DNA of 64,000 nucleotides from Escherichia coli (GTDB lineage Bacteria; Pseudomonadota; Gammaproteobacteria; Enterobacterales; Enterobacteriaceae): NCBI RefSeq assembly GCF_002854065.1, contig NZ_CP024147.1; one strand, 5' to 3'. Shown piece by piece: positions 54,083 to 64,000 of this stretch (position 1 is its first letter; each line of letters starts with the position of its first letter). The notes under the pieces were generated by a model. It saw only the letters and a program-made list of their open reading frames with translations, ran no database searches and was not told where the DNA came from. The position numbers and the translations under genes were made by a program.

Positions 54083-54447
54083 ATTGAACTCCATAATCAG
54101 GTAATGCCGCGGGTGATGGATGATGTCGTAATATTGGGCACTCCCTTTCAGTTGCTCAATTATGTTATTTCACACTGCTATTGAGATAATTCACAAGTGT
54201 GCGCTCGCTCGCAAAATAAAATGGAATGATGAAACTGGGTAATTCCTCGAAGATAAAAATGCAATAAGTACAATTGCGCAACAAAAGTAAGATCTCGGTC
54301 ATAAATCAAGAAATAAACCAAAAATCGTAATCGAAAGATAAAAATCTGTAATTGTTTTCCCCTGTTTAGTTGCTAAAAATTGGTTACGTTTATCGCGGTG
54401 ATTGTTACTTATTAAAGCTGTCCTCTAACTACAGAAGGCCCTACACC
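54083..54447. promoter_or_regulatory. Divergent xylAB / xylFGH control region (XylR- and CRP-dependent promoters expected)
   Basis: 365-bp AT-rich gap between divergent xylA and xylF; individual binding sites not resolved. Confidence 0.5.
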
Positions 54448-55440
54448 ATGAAAATAAAGAACATTCTACTCACCCTTTGCACCTCACTCCTGCTTACCAA
54501 CGTTGCTGCACACGCCAAAGAAGTCAAAATAGGTATGGCGATTGATGATCTCCGTCTTGAACGCTGGCAAAAAGATCGAGATATCTTTGTGAAAAAGGCA
54601 GAATCTCTCGGCGCGAAAGTATTTGTACAGTCTGCAAATGGCAATGAAGAAACACAAATGTCGCAGATTGAAAACATGATAAACCGGGGTGTCGATGTTC
54701 TTGTCATTATTCCGTATAACGGTCAGGTATTAAGTAACGTTGTAAAAGAAGCCAAACAAGAAGGCATTAAAGTATTAGCTTACGACCGTATGATTAACGA
54801 TGCGGATATCGATTTTTATATTTCTTTCGATAACGAAAAAGTCGGTGAACTGCAGGCAAAAGCCCTGGTCGATATTGTTCCACAAGGTAATTACTTCCTG
54901 ATGGGCGGCTCGCCGGTAGATAACAACGCCAAGCTGTTCCGCGCCGGACAAATGAAAGTGTTAAAACCTTACGTTGATTCCGGAAAAATTAAAGTCGTTG
55001 GTGACCAATGGGTTGATGGCTGGTTACCGGAAAACGCATTGAAAATTATGGAAAACGCGCTAACCGCCAATAATAACAAAATTGATGCTGTAGTTGCCTC
55101 AAACGATGCCACCGCAGGTGGGGCAATTCAGGCATTAAGCGCGCAAGGTTTATCAGGGAAAGTAGCAATTTCTGGCCAGGATGCGGATCTCACAGGTATT
55201 AAACGTATTGCTGCCGGTACGCAAACTATGACGGTATATAAACCTATTACATTGCTGGCAAATACTGCCGCAGAAATTGCCGTTGAATTGGGCAATGGTC
55301 AGGAGCCAAAAGCAGATACCTCACTGAATAATGGCCTGAAAGATGTCCCCTCCCGCCTCCTGACACCGATCGATGTGAATAAAAACAACATCAAAGATAC
55401 GGTAATTAAAGACGGATTCCACAAAGAGAGCGAGCTGTAA
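54448..55440 (+). CDS. xylF: D-xylose ABC transporter periplasmic binding protein
   Basis: ORF 54370..55440; start trimmed to MKIKNILLTLCTSLLLTNVAAHA (signal peptide), 330 aa. Confidence 0.9.
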   Translation: MKIKNILLTLCTSLLLTNVAAHAKEVKIGMAIDDLRLERWQKDRDIFVKKAESLGAKVFVQSANGNEETQMSQIENMINRGVDVLVIIPYNGQVLSNVVKEAKQEGIKVLAYDRMINDADIDFYISFDNEKVGELQAKALVDIVPQGNYFLMGGSPVDNNAKLFRAGQMKVLKPYVDSGKIKVVGDQWVDGWLPENALKIMENALTANNNKIDAVVASNDATAGGAIQALSAQGLSGKVAISGQDADLTGIKRIAAGTQTMTVYKPITLLANTAAEIAVELGNGQEPKADTSLNNGLKDVPSRLLTPIDVNKNNIKDTVIKDGFHKESEL

Positions 55441-55517
55441 GCGTTACGCCCCAGCGCGGAGCGGGGGCGTGATTTCTCTCCATGCCGCGTGAATGAATTG
55501 GCTTAGGTGGAGTCGTT

Positions 55518-57059
55518 ATGCCTTATCTACTTGAAATGAAGAACATTACCAAAACCTTCGGCAGTGTGAAGGCGATTGATAACGTCAGCTTGCGGTTGAA
55601 TGCTGGCGAAATCGTCTCACTCTGTGGGGAAAATGGGTCTGGTAAATCAACTCTGATGAAAGTGCTGTGTGGTATTTATCCCCATGGCTCCTACGAAGGC
55701 GAAATTATTTTTGCGGGAGAAGAGATTCAGGCGAGTCACATCCGCGATACCGAACGCAAAGGTATCGCCATCATTCACCAGGAATTGGCCCTGGTGAAAG
55801 AATTGACCGTGCTGGAAAATATCTTCCTGGGTAACGAAATAACCCACAATGGCATTATGGATTATGACCTGATGACGCTACGCTGTCAGAAGCTGCTCGC
55901 ACAGGTCAGTTTATCCATTTCACCTGATACCCGCGTTGGCGATTTAGGGCTTGGGCAACAACAACTGGTTGAAATTGCCAAGGCACTTAATAAACAGGTG
56001 CGCTTGTTAATTCTCGATGAACCGACAGCCTCATTAACTGAGCAGGAAACGTCGGTTTTACTGGATATTATTCGCGATCTACAACAGCACGGTATCGCCT
56101 GTATTTATATTTCGCACAAACTCAACGAAGTCAAAGCGATTTCCGATACGATTTGCGTTATTCGCGACGGACAGCACATTGGTACGCGTGATGCTGCCGG
56201 AATGAGTGAAGACGATATTATCACCATGATGGTCGGGCGAGAGTTAACCGCGCTTTACCCTAATGAACCACATACCACCGGAGATGAAATATTACGTATT
56301 GAACATCTGACGGCATGGCATCCGGTTAATCGTCATATTAAACGAGTTAATGATGTCTCGTTTTCCCTGAAACGTGGCGAAATACTGGGTATTGCCGGAC
56401 TCGTTGGTGCCGGACGTACCGAGACCATTCAGTGCCTGTTTGGTGTGTGGCCCGGACAATGGGAAGGAAAAATTTATATTGATGGCAAACAGGTAGATAT
56501 TCGTAACTGTCAGCAAGCCATCGCCCAGGGGATTGCGATGGTCCCCGAAGACAGAAAGCGCGACGGCATCGTTCCGGTAATGGCGGTTGGTAAAAATATT
56601 ACCCTCGCCGCACTCAATAAATTTACCGGTGGCATTAGCCAGCTTGATGACGCGGCAGAGCAAAAATGTATTCTGGAATCAATCCAGCAACTCAAAGTTA
56701 AAACGTCGTCCCCCGACCTTGCTATTGGACGTTTGAGCGGCGGCAATCAGCAAAAAGCGATCCTCGCTCGCTGTCTGTTACTTAACCCGCGCATTCTCAT
56801 TCTTGATGAACCCACCAGGGGTATCGATATTGGCGCGAAATACGAGATCTACAAATTAATTAACCAACTCGTCCAGCAGGGTATTGCCGTTATTGTCATC
56901 TCTTCCGAATTACCTGAAGTGCTCGGCCTTAGCGATCGTGTACTGGTGATGCATGAAGGGAAACTAAAAGCCAACCTGATAAATCATAACCTGACTCAGG
57001 AGCAGGTGATGGAAGCCGCATTGAGGAGCGAACATCATGTCGAAAAGCAATCCGTCTGA
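55518..57059 (+). CDS. xylG: D-xylose ABC transporter ATP-binding protein (two tandem ABC domains)
   Basis: 513-aa ORF with two nucleotide-binding domains (GENGSGKST and GLVGAGRTE). Confidence 0.95.
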   Translation: MPYLLEMKNITKTFGSVKAIDNVSLRLNAGEIVSLCGENGSGKSTLMKVLCGIYPHGSYEGEIIFAGEEIQASHIRDTERKGIAIIHQELALVKELTVLENIFLGNEITHNGIMDYDLMTLRCQKLLAQVSLSISPDTRVGDLGLGQQQLVEIAKALNKQVRLLILDEPTASLTEQETSVLLDIIRDLQQHGIACIYISHKLNEVKAISDTICVIRDGQHIGTRDAAGMSEDDIITMMVGRELTALYPNEPHTTGDEILRIEHLTAWHPVNRHIKRVNDVSFSLKRGEILGIAGLVGAGRTETIQCLFGVWPGQWEGKIYIDGKQVDIRNCQQAIAQGIAMVPEDRKRDGIVPVMAVGKNITLAALNKFTGGISQLDDAAEQKCILESIQQLKVKTSSPDLAIGRLSGGNQQKAILARCLLLNPRILILDEPTRGIDIGAKYEIYKLINQLVQQGIAVIVISSELPEVLGLSDRVLVMHEGKLKANLINHNLTQEQVMEAALRSEHHVEKQSV

Positions 57060-58218
57060 AGTGAAATTGGCCGTACCGACATCCGGTGGCTTCTCCGGGC
57101 TGAAATCACTGAATTTGCAGGTCTTCGTGATGATTGCAGCTATCATCGCAATCATGCTGTTCTTTACCTGGACCACCGATGGTGCCTACTTAAGCGCCCG
57201 TAACATCTCCAACCTGTTACGCCAGACCGCGATTACCGGCATCCTCGCGGTAGGAATGGTGTTCGTCATAATTTCTGCTGAAATCGACCTTTCCGTCGGC
57301 TCAATGATGGGGCTGTTAGGTGGCGTCGCGGCGATTTGTGACGTCTGGCTAGGCTGGCCTTTACCACTTACCATCATTGTGACGCTGGTTCTGGGACTGC
57401 TTCTCGGTGCCTGGAACGGATGGTGGGTCGCGTACCGCAAAGTCCCTTCATTTATTGTCACTCTCGCGGGCATGTTGGCATTTCGCGGCATACTCATTGG
57501 CATCACCAACGGCACAACTGTATCCCCCACCAGCGCCGCGATGTCACAAATTGGGCAAAGCTATCTCCCCGCCAGCACCGGCTTCATCATTGGCGCGCTT
57601 GGCTTAATGGCTTTTGTTGGCTGGCAATGGCGCGGAAGAATGCGCCGTCAGGCTTTGGGTTTGCAGTCTCCGGCCTCTACCGCAGTAGTCGGTCGCCAGG
57701 CTTTAACCGCTATCATCGTATTAGGCGCAATCTGGCTGTTGAATGATTACCGTGGCGTTCCCACTCCTGTTCTGCTGCTGACGTTGCTGTTACTCGGCGG
57801 AATGTTTATGGCAACGCGGACAGCATTTGGACGACGCATTTATGCCATCGGCGGCAATCTGGAAGCAGCACGTCTCTCCGGGATTAACGTTGAACGCACC
57901 AAACTTGCCGTGTTCGCTATTAACGGATTAATGGTAGCCATCGCCGGATTAATCCTCAGTTCTCGACTTGGCGCTGGTTCACCTTCTGCGGGGAATATCG
58001 CCGAGCTGGACGCAATTGCAGCATGCGTGATTGGCGGCACCAGTCTGGCAGGCGGCGTCGGGAGCGTGGCTGGAACGGTAATGGGGGCATTCATCATGGC
58101 TTCACTGGATAACGGTATGAGTATGATGGATGTACCGACCTTCTGGCAGTATATCGTTAAAGGTGCGATTCTGTTGCTGGCAGTATGGATGGACTCCGCA
58201 ACCAAACGCCGTTCTTGA
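57037..58218 (+). CDS. xylH: D-xylose ABC transporter permease
   Basis: 393-aa polytopic ORF overlapping the xylG 3' end. Confidence 0.95.
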   Translation: MSKSNPSEVKLAVPTSGGFSGLKSLNLQVFVMIAAIIAIMLFFTWTTDGAYLSARNISNLLRQTAITGILAVGMVFVIISAEIDLSVGSMMGLLGGVAAICDVWLGWPLPLTIIVTLVLGLLLGAWNGWWVAYRKVPSFIVTLAGMLAFRGILIGITNGTTVSPTSAAMSQIGQSYLPASTGFIIGALGLMAFVGWQWRGRMRRQALGLQSPASTAVVGRQALTAIIVLGAIWLLNDYRGVPTPVLLLTLLLLGGMFMATRTAFGRRIYAIGGNLEAARLSGINVERTKLAVFAINGLMVAIAGLILSSRLGAGSPSAGNIAELDAIAACVIGGTSLAGGVGSVAGTVMGAFIMASLDNGMSMMDVPTFWQYIVKGAILLLAVWMDSATKRRS

Positions 58219-58295
58219 TTTTGATAAAAATTTTCTCAAAGCCGGTAACGTATTACCGGTTTTGAGTTTTTGCATGATTCAGCAGGAAAAGAACC

Positions 58296-59474
58296 ATGTT
58301 TACTAAACGTCACCGCATCACGTTACTGTTCAATGCCAATAAAGCCTATGACCGGCAGGTAGTAGAAGGCGTAGGGGAATATTTACAGGCGTCACAATCG
58401 GAATGGGATATTTTCATTGAAGAAGATTTCCGCGCCCGCATTGATAAAATCAAGGACTGGTTAGGAGATGGCGTCATTGCCGACTTCGACGACAAACAGA
58501 TCGAGCAAGCGCTGGCTGATGTCGACGTCCCCATTGTTGGGGTTGGCGGCTCGTATCACCTTGCAGAAAGTTACCCACCCGTTCATTACATTGCCACCGA
58601 TAACTATGCGCTGGTTGAAAGCGCATTTTTGCATTTAAAAGAGAAAGGCATTAACCGCTTTGCTTTTTATGGTCTTCCGGAATCAAGCGGCAAACGTTGG
58701 GCCACTGAACGCGAATATGCATTTCGTCAGCTTGTCGCCGAAGAAAAGTATCGCGGAGTGGTTTATCAGGGGTTAGAAACCGCACCAGAGAACTGGCAAC
58801 ACGCGCAAAATCGGCTGGCAGACTGGCTACAAACGCTGCCACCGCAAACCGGGATTATTGCCGTTACTGACGCCCGGGCGCGGCATATTCTGCAAGTATG
58901 TGAACATCTACACATTCCCGTACCGGAAAAATTATGCGTGATTGGCATCGATAACGAAGAACTGACCCGCTATCTGTCGCGTGTCGCCCTTTCTTCGGTC
59001 GCTCAGGGCGCGCGGCAAATGGGCTATCAGGCGGCAAAACTGTTGCATCGATTATTAGATAAAGAAGAAATGCCGCTACAGCGGATTTTGGTCCCTCCAG
59101 TTCGCGTCATTGAACGGCGCTCAACAGATTACCGTTCGCTGACCGATCCCGCCGTTATTCAGGCCATGCATTACATTCGTAATCACGCCTGTAAAGGGAT
59201 TAAAGTGGATCAGGTACTCGATGCGGTCGGGATCTCGCGCTCCAATCTTGAGAAGCGTTTTAAAGAAGAGGTGGGTGAAACCATCCATGCCATGATTCAT
59301 GCCGAGAAGCTGGAGAAAGCGCGCAGTCTGCTGATTTCAACCACCTTGTCGATCAATGAGATATCGCAAATGTGCGGTTATCCATCGCTGCAATATTTCT
59401 ACTCTGTTTTTAAAAAAGCATATGACACGACGCCAAAAGAGTATCGCGATGTAAATAGCGAGGTCATGTTGTAG
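58296..59474 (+). CDS. xylR: Xylose operon activator XylR (AraC family, periplasmic-binding-protein-like sensor domain)
   Basis: 392-aa ORF MFTKRHRITLLFNANKAYDRQVVEGVGEY... with C-terminal AraC-type HTH (ISQMCGYPSLQYFYSVFKKAY). Confidence 0.9.
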   Translation: MFTKRHRITLLFNANKAYDRQVVEGVGEYLQASQSEWDIFIEEDFRARIDKIKDWLGDGVIADFDDKQIEQALADVDVPIVGVGGSYHLAESYPPVHYIATDNYALVESAFLHLKEKGINRFAFYGLPESSGKRWATEREYAFRQLVAEEKYRGVVYQGLETAPENWQHAQNRLADWLQTLPPQTGIIAVTDARARHILQVCEHLHIPVPEKLCVIGIDNEELTRYLSRVALSSVAQGARQMGYQAAKLLHRLLDKEEMPLQRILVPPVRVIERRSTDYRSLTDPAVIQAMHYIRNHACKGIKVDQVLDAVGISRSNLEKRFKEEVGETIHAMIHAEKLEKARSLLISTTLSINEISQMCGYPSLQYFYSVFKKAYDTTPKEYRDVNSEVML

Positions 59475-59479
59475 CGATG

Positions 59480-59575
59480 ATGAGAATTGTCGGCGTCGCA
59501 TCAGGTAACTCAGCACAACCACCTGATGCGATCAAAAGCCTTATCCGACCGACAATTCGGATAAGGCTCGAGGAA
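59480..59575. repeat. REP-like palindromic units between xylR and bax
   Basis: Imperfect palindromes tgtcggcgtcgcatcaggt / acctgatgcgatc and ccttatccgaccgacaattcggataagg, resembling REP consensus variants. Confidence 0.35.
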
Positions 59576-59581
59576 ATACAA

Positions 59582-60406
59582 TTACATATGCGCCGCGATT
59601 AACCGTTGGTTATCCTGGTACATTGCGAACAGGTAGTTGTTATAACTCTTCCCTTTGGTCGAGTAGCCCTTCAGCTTGTGAATCATCGCTGTGGCAGTCA
59701 CTTCCTGATCCGCTTTACGCAGCTGTGCACGCGATTTACGGAACGAAGAGTAAGCCGGATGCGTATTGAGGTTAGTGACATAGGCGCTCACCGATTCTTT
59801 GACAGAACTAAACTGTGAGTACCCTTTCACTTTACCTGGCGCATTGGTACAACGTCCTTTCATGCATTTCATGCCGAACAGGTTGTTGTTGTTGCGCGCC
59901 AACTTCGACGTTCCCCAACCGCTTTCTGCTGCAGCCATCGTCGCCACCATACTGGTGGGGATAATGTCTACGCGTTCAAGCAAGGTATTCCACGGGATTT
60001 TTCGCGTATTACCAGACCACTTCACCTTGTAGCGTTTGGCGATGTCTTTCAGACGCGCACGCTCAGCAGGTGACCATTGGCCCTGATACTGTTTTGAAAT
60101 CAGCCAGTTACGTTCTGCAGTAATGGCTGCATTTTGGCTGGTAATGTAAGGCATTACGGTCCGGAGAAACGCCTTTTTCCTTGGTGTTCCGGAAGGGTAT
60201 TTTCGCAAATCAGGAAGTGAACTACTCTTTGCACTATTGCGAGAATACTCTTGTTTACTGCTTACCTGTTTATTACTAGCTTTAGTTAAGTGGGACTTTT
60301 GACTCGCTGTTGTTGTGTGCGTCTTCGCTAACACCTCACTCGAAAACACCAGAGTGAGTAACATAAGAATCATCGCCCCATATCGTCGTATGGGAGTCAA
60401 AATCAT
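59582..60406 (-). CDS. bax: Bax protein (putative glucosaminidase-domain protein)
   Basis: 274-aa ORF MILTPIRRYGAMILMLLTLVFSSEVLA... with Ser/Lys-rich linker and C-terminal domain. Confidence 0.85.
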   Translation of the reverse strand: MILTPIRRYGAMILMLLTLVFSSEVLAKTHTTTASQKSHLTKASNKQVSSKQEYSRNSAKSSSLPDLRKYPSGTPRKKAFLRTVMPYITSQNAAITAERNWLISKQYQGQWSPAERARLKDIAKRYKVKWSGNTRKIPWNTLLERVDIIPTSMVATMAAAESGWGTSKLARNNNNLFGMKCMKGRCTNAPGKVKGYSQFSSVKESVSAYVTNLNTHPAYSSFRKSRAQLRKADQEVTATAMIHKLKGYSTKGKSYNNYLFAMYQDNQRLIAAHM

Positions 60407-60725
60407 CAGGTCTCCTGGTCGGATTTAATCATTCCAACACCTTATATTTTTCACAAATTTGAGAGTTGAATCTCAAATCATATCAAAAATAGCTGTCAAG
60501 AGCACCCCAAGGAATAGTCCAAATCTGAAACTATGTCACGTGTTAACGATTCAGATTGGCGCTAAATCGCAGAAAATGTGGGGTTTATCGCAAAATTCAG
60601 CCGTTTTTTGCGCGAGATCGCTCACCCTTGCTTCTCATCCTGTGGACTTACCGCTCAGGGATGAGTTTTGTTTGGCTTATCGCTGGCAAACTGTCTGAAA
60701 TCGCAGCAATAAGGACTCATCCGCC

Positions 60726-62756
60726 ATGAAACTCGCCGCCTGTTTTCTGACACTCCTTCCTGGCTTCGCCGTTGCCGCCAGCTGGACTTCTCCGGGGTTC
60801 CCTGCCTTTAGTGAACAGGGAACGGGAACATTTGTCAGCCACGCGCAGTTGCCCAAAGGTACGCGTCCACTAACGCTAAATTTTGACCAACAGTGCTGGC
60901 AGCCTGCGGATGCGATAAAACTCAATCAGATGCTTTCCCTGCAACCTTGTAGCAACACGCCGCCTCAATGGCGATTGTTCAGGGACGGCGAATATACGCT
61001 GCAAATAGACACCCGCTCCGGTACGCCAACATTGATGATTTCCATCCAGAACGCCGCCGAACCGGTAGCAAGCCAGGTCCGTGTATGCCCGAAATGGGAT
61101 GGATTACCGCTCACGCTGGATGTCAGCGCCACTTTTCCGGAAGGAGCCGCCGTACGGGATTATTACAGCCAGCAAATTGCGATAGTGAAGAACGGTCAAA
61201 TAACGTTACAACCCGCTGCCACCAGCAACGGTTTACTCCTGCTGGAACGGGCAGAAACTGACACATCCGCCCCTTTCGACTGGCATAACGCCACGGTTTA
61301 CTTTGTGCTGACAGATCGTTTCGAAAACGGCGATCCCAGTAATGACCAGAGTTACGGACGTCATAAAGACGGTATGGCGGAAATTGGCACTTTTCACGGC
61401 GGCGATTTACGCGGCCTGACCAACAAACTGGATTATCTCCAGCAGCTGGGCGTCAATGCTTTGTGGATAAGCGCCCCATTTGAGCAAATTCACGGCTGGG
61501 TCGGCGGCGGTACAAAAGGTGATTTCCCGCATTATGCCTACCACGGTTATTACACACAGGACTGGACGAATCTTGATGCCAATATGGGCAGCGAAGCCGA
61601 TCTACGGACGCTGGTTGATAGCGCGCATCAGCGCGGTATTCGTATTCTCTTTGATGTCGTGATGAACCACACTGGCTATGCCACGCTGGCGGATATGCAG
61701 GAGTATCAGTTTGGCGCGTTATATCTTTCTGGTGACGAGCTGAAAAAAACGCTGGGTGAACGCTGGAGTGACTGGAAACCTGCCGCCGGGCAAACCTGGC
61801 ATAGCTTTAACGATTACATTAATTTCAGCGACAAAACAGGCTGGGATAAATGGTGGGGAAAAAACTGGATCAGAACGGATATCGGCGATTACGACAATCC
61901 TGGATTTGACGATCTCACTATGTCGCTGGCCTTTTTGCCGGATATCAAAACCGAATCAACGACCGCTTCTGGTCTGCCGGTGTTCTATAAAAACAAAACG
62001 GATACCCACGCTAAAGTCATCGACGGCTTTACCCCTCGCGATTACTTAACCCACTGGTTAAGTCAGTGGGTCCGCGACTATGGGATTGATGGTTTTCGGG
62101 TCGATACCGCCAAACATGTTGAGTTGCCCGCCTGGCAGCAACTGAAAACCGAAGCCAGCGCCGCGCTTCGCGAATGGAAAAAAGCTAACCCCGACAAAGC
62201 ATTAGATGACAAACCTTTCTGGATGACCGGTGAAGCCTGGGGCCACGGCGTGATGCAAAGTGACTACTATCGCCACGGCTTCGATGCGATGATCAATTTC
62301 GATTATCAGGAGCAGGCGGCGAAAGCAGTCGATTGTCTGGCGCAGATGGATACGACCTGGCAGCAAATGGCGGAGAAATTGCAGGGTTTCAACGTGTTGA
62401 GCTACCTCTCGTCGCATGATACCCGCCTGTTCCGTGAAGGGGGCGACAAAGCAGCAGAGTTATTACTATTAGCGCCAGGCGCGGTACAAATCTTTTATGG
62501 TGATGAATCCTCGCGTCCGTTCGGTCCTACAGGTTCTGATCCGCTGCAAGGTACACGTTCGGATATGAACTGGCAGGATGTTAGCGGTAAATCTGCCACC
62601 AGCGTCGCGCACTGGCAGAAAATCAGCCAGTTCCGCGCCCGTCATCCCGCAATTGGCGCGGGCAAACAAACGACACTTTCGCTGAAGCAGGGCTACGGCT
62701 TTGTTCGTGAGCATGGCGACGATAAAGTGCTGGTCATCTGGGCTGGGCAACAGTGA
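60726..62756 (+). CDS. malS: Periplasmic alpha-amylase MalS (GH13)
   Basis: 676-aa ORF with signal peptide MKLAACFLTLLPGFAVA and GH13 catalytic motifs (GFRVDTAKH, FDVVMNH). Confidence 0.9.
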   Translation: MKLAACFLTLLPGFAVAASWTSPGFPAFSEQGTGTFVSHAQLPKGTRPLTLNFDQQCWQPADAIKLNQMLSLQPCSNTPPQWRLFRDGEYTLQIDTRSGTPTLMISIQNAAEPVASQVRVCPKWDGLPLTLDVSATFPEGAAVRDYYSQQIAIVKNGQITLQPAATSNGLLLLERAETDTSAPFDWHNATVYFVLTDRFENGDPSNDQSYGRHKDGMAEIGTFHGGDLRGLTNKLDYLQQLGVNALWISAPFEQIHGWVGGGTKGDFPHYAYHGYYTQDWTNLDANMGSEADLRTLVDSAHQRGIRILFDVVMNHTGYATLADMQEYQFGALYLSGDELKKTLGERWSDWKPAAGQTWHSFNDYINFSDKTGWDKWWGKNWIRTDIGDYDNPGFDDLTMSLAFLPDIKTESTTASGLPVFYKNKTDTHAKVIDGFTPRDYLTHWLSQWVRDYGIDGFRVDTAKHVELPAWQQLKTEASAALREWKKANPDKALDDKPFWMTGEAWGHGVMQSDYYRHGFDAMINFDYQEQAAKAVDCLAQMDTTWQQMAEKLQGFNVLSYLSSHDTRLFREGGDKAAELLLLAPGAVQIFYGDESSRPFGPTGSDPLQGTRSDMNWQDVSGKSATSVAHWQKISQFRARHPAIGAGKQTTLSLKQGYGFVREHGDDKVLVIWAGQQ

Positions 62757-62933
62757 CTTTTCCGGCTTCCCGTTCGTCAGTACCTCGGGAAGCCGCCAAC
62801 CAGGATAAAATGTCAGCCCTAATCAGCGTTGCAGGATAAAGCACCACTCACTCTTCAACAGACCGATTTGCACCCCAGCAAATGTAGCGTTATTGTTACC
62901 TTCCTTGCTACAGAGTTCGACAGATATCCCGCT

Positions 62934-64000
62934 ATGACATTCTCCCTTTTTGGTGACAAATTTACCCGCCACTCCGGCATTACGCTGCTGATGGAAGATC
63001 TGAACGACGGTTTACGCACGCCTGGCGCGATTATGCTCGGCGGCGGTAATCCGGCGCAGATCCCGGAAATGCAGGACTACTTCCAGACGCTACTGACCGA
63101 CATGCTGGAAAGTGGCAAAGCGACTGATGCACTGTGCAATTACGACGGTCCACAGGGGAAAACGGAGCTACTCACACTGCTTGCCGGAATGCTGCACGAG
63201 AAGTTGGGTTGGGATATCGAACCACAGAATATTGCACTAACAAACGGCAGCCAGAGCGCGTTTTTCTACTTATTTAATCTATTTGCCGGACGCCGTGCCG
63301 ATGGTCGGGTCAAAAAAGTGCTGTTCCCGCTGGCACCGGAATACATTGGCTACGCTGACGCCGGACTGGAAGAAGATCTGTTTGTCTCTGCGCGTCCGAA
63401 TATTGAACTGCTGCCTGAAGGCCAGTTTAAATACCACGTCGATTTTGAGCATCTGCATATTGGCGAAGAAACCGGGATGATTTGCGTCTCCCGGCCGACG
63501 AATCCAACAGGCAATGTGATTACTGACGAAGAGTTGCTGAAGCTTGACGCGCTGGCGAATCAACACGGCATTCCGCTGGTGATTGATAACGCTTATGGCG
63601 TCCCGTTCCCGGGTATCATCTTCAGTGAAGCGCGCCCGCTATGGAATCCGAATATCGTGCTGTGCATGAGTCTTTCCAAGCTGGGTCTACCTGGCTCCCG
63701 CTGCGGCATTATCATCGCCAATGAAAAAATCATCACCGCCATCACCAATATGAACGGCATTATCAGCCTGGCACCTGGCGGTATTGGTCCGGCGATGATG
63801 TGTGAAATGATTAAGCGTAACGATCTGCTGCGCCTGTCTGAAACAGTCATCAAACCGTTTTACTACCAGCGTGTTCAGGAAACTATCGCCATCATTCGCC
63901 GCTATTTACCGGAAGATCGCTGCCTGATTCATAAACCGGAAGGAGCCATTTTCCTCTGGCTATGGTTTAAGGATTTGCCCATTACGACCGAGCAGCTCTA
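62934..64000 (+). CDS. avtA: Valine--pyruvate aminotransferase AvtA; 5' part, runs off the window end
   Basis: Open frame from ATG 62934 (MTFSLFGDKFTRHSGITLLMEDLNDGLRTPGAIMLGGGNPAQIPEMQ...) to the window end; absent from the ORF track because no stop is reached. Confidence 0.85.
   Translation, partial: MTFSLFGDKFTRHSGITLLMEDLNDGLRTPGAIMLGGGNPAQIPEMQDYFQTLLTDMLESGKATDALCNYDGPQGKTELLTLLAGMLHEKLGWDIEPQNIALTNGSQSAFFYLFNLFAGRRADGRVKKVLFPLAPEYIGYADAGLEEDLFVSARPNIELLPEGQFKYHVDFEHLHIGEETGMICVSRPTNPTGNVITDEELLKLDALANQHGIPLVIDNAYGVPFPGIIFSEARPLWNPNIVLCMSLSKLGLPGSRCGIIIANEKIITAITNMNGIISLAPGGIGPAMMCEMIKRNDLLRLSETVIKPFYYQRVQETIAIIRRYLPEDRCLIHKPEGAIFLWLWFKDLPITTEQL

Noticed and set aside
54083-54447. Specific CRP and XylR operator sites in the xylA-xylF intergenic region
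   Set aside because: Several partial TGTGA/TCACA-like half-sites are visible, but none could be matched confidently to a consensus by eye; only the region as a whole is reported.

Overview
This window reads as an Escherichia coli-type chromosomal segment, syntenic with the K-12 bcs-dpp-xyl region but clearly not K-12 itself. Gene order: pdeK (5' part) - bcsC-bcsZ-bcsB-bcsA-bcsQ-bcsR (minus) / bcsE-bcsF-bcsG (plus) - two tandem ldr/rdl type I toxin-antitoxin repeat units - yhjV - dppFDCBA - proK tRNA - eptB - an lpfABCDE-like chaperone-usher fimbrial island (about 7.6 kb, carrying two IS1 copies) - yhjX - yhjY - tag - yiaC - bisC - yiaD - ghrB - yiaF - yiaG - cspA - hokA remnant - glyS-glyQ - ysaB - wecH - yiaA interrupted by IS2 - yiaB - xylB-xylA / xylF-xylG-xylH-xylR - bax - malS - avtA (5' part). 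The points most worth a second look are: (1) bcsQ carries an in-frame TAG at codon 66, a different lesion from the K-12 codon-6 stop; (2) the fimbrial chaperone lpfB is hit by two independent, sequence-distinct IS1 insertions, each with its own 9-bp target duplication; (3) a 1331-bp IS2 with a 5-bp target duplication splits yiaA after codon 6; (4) the ldr/rdl unit next to bcsG is present as two tandem copies; (5) hokA is 5'-truncated and K-12's IS150 is absent from that locus. I found no CRISPR array, no rRNA, and nothing I can defend as a previously undescribed system: the accessory content is the fimbrial island and the three IS insertions, the rest is well-known core genome. All gene names come from recalled protein sequences and synteny, since no database search could be run; start codons were adjusted from the ORF track where the recalled N-terminus differs.
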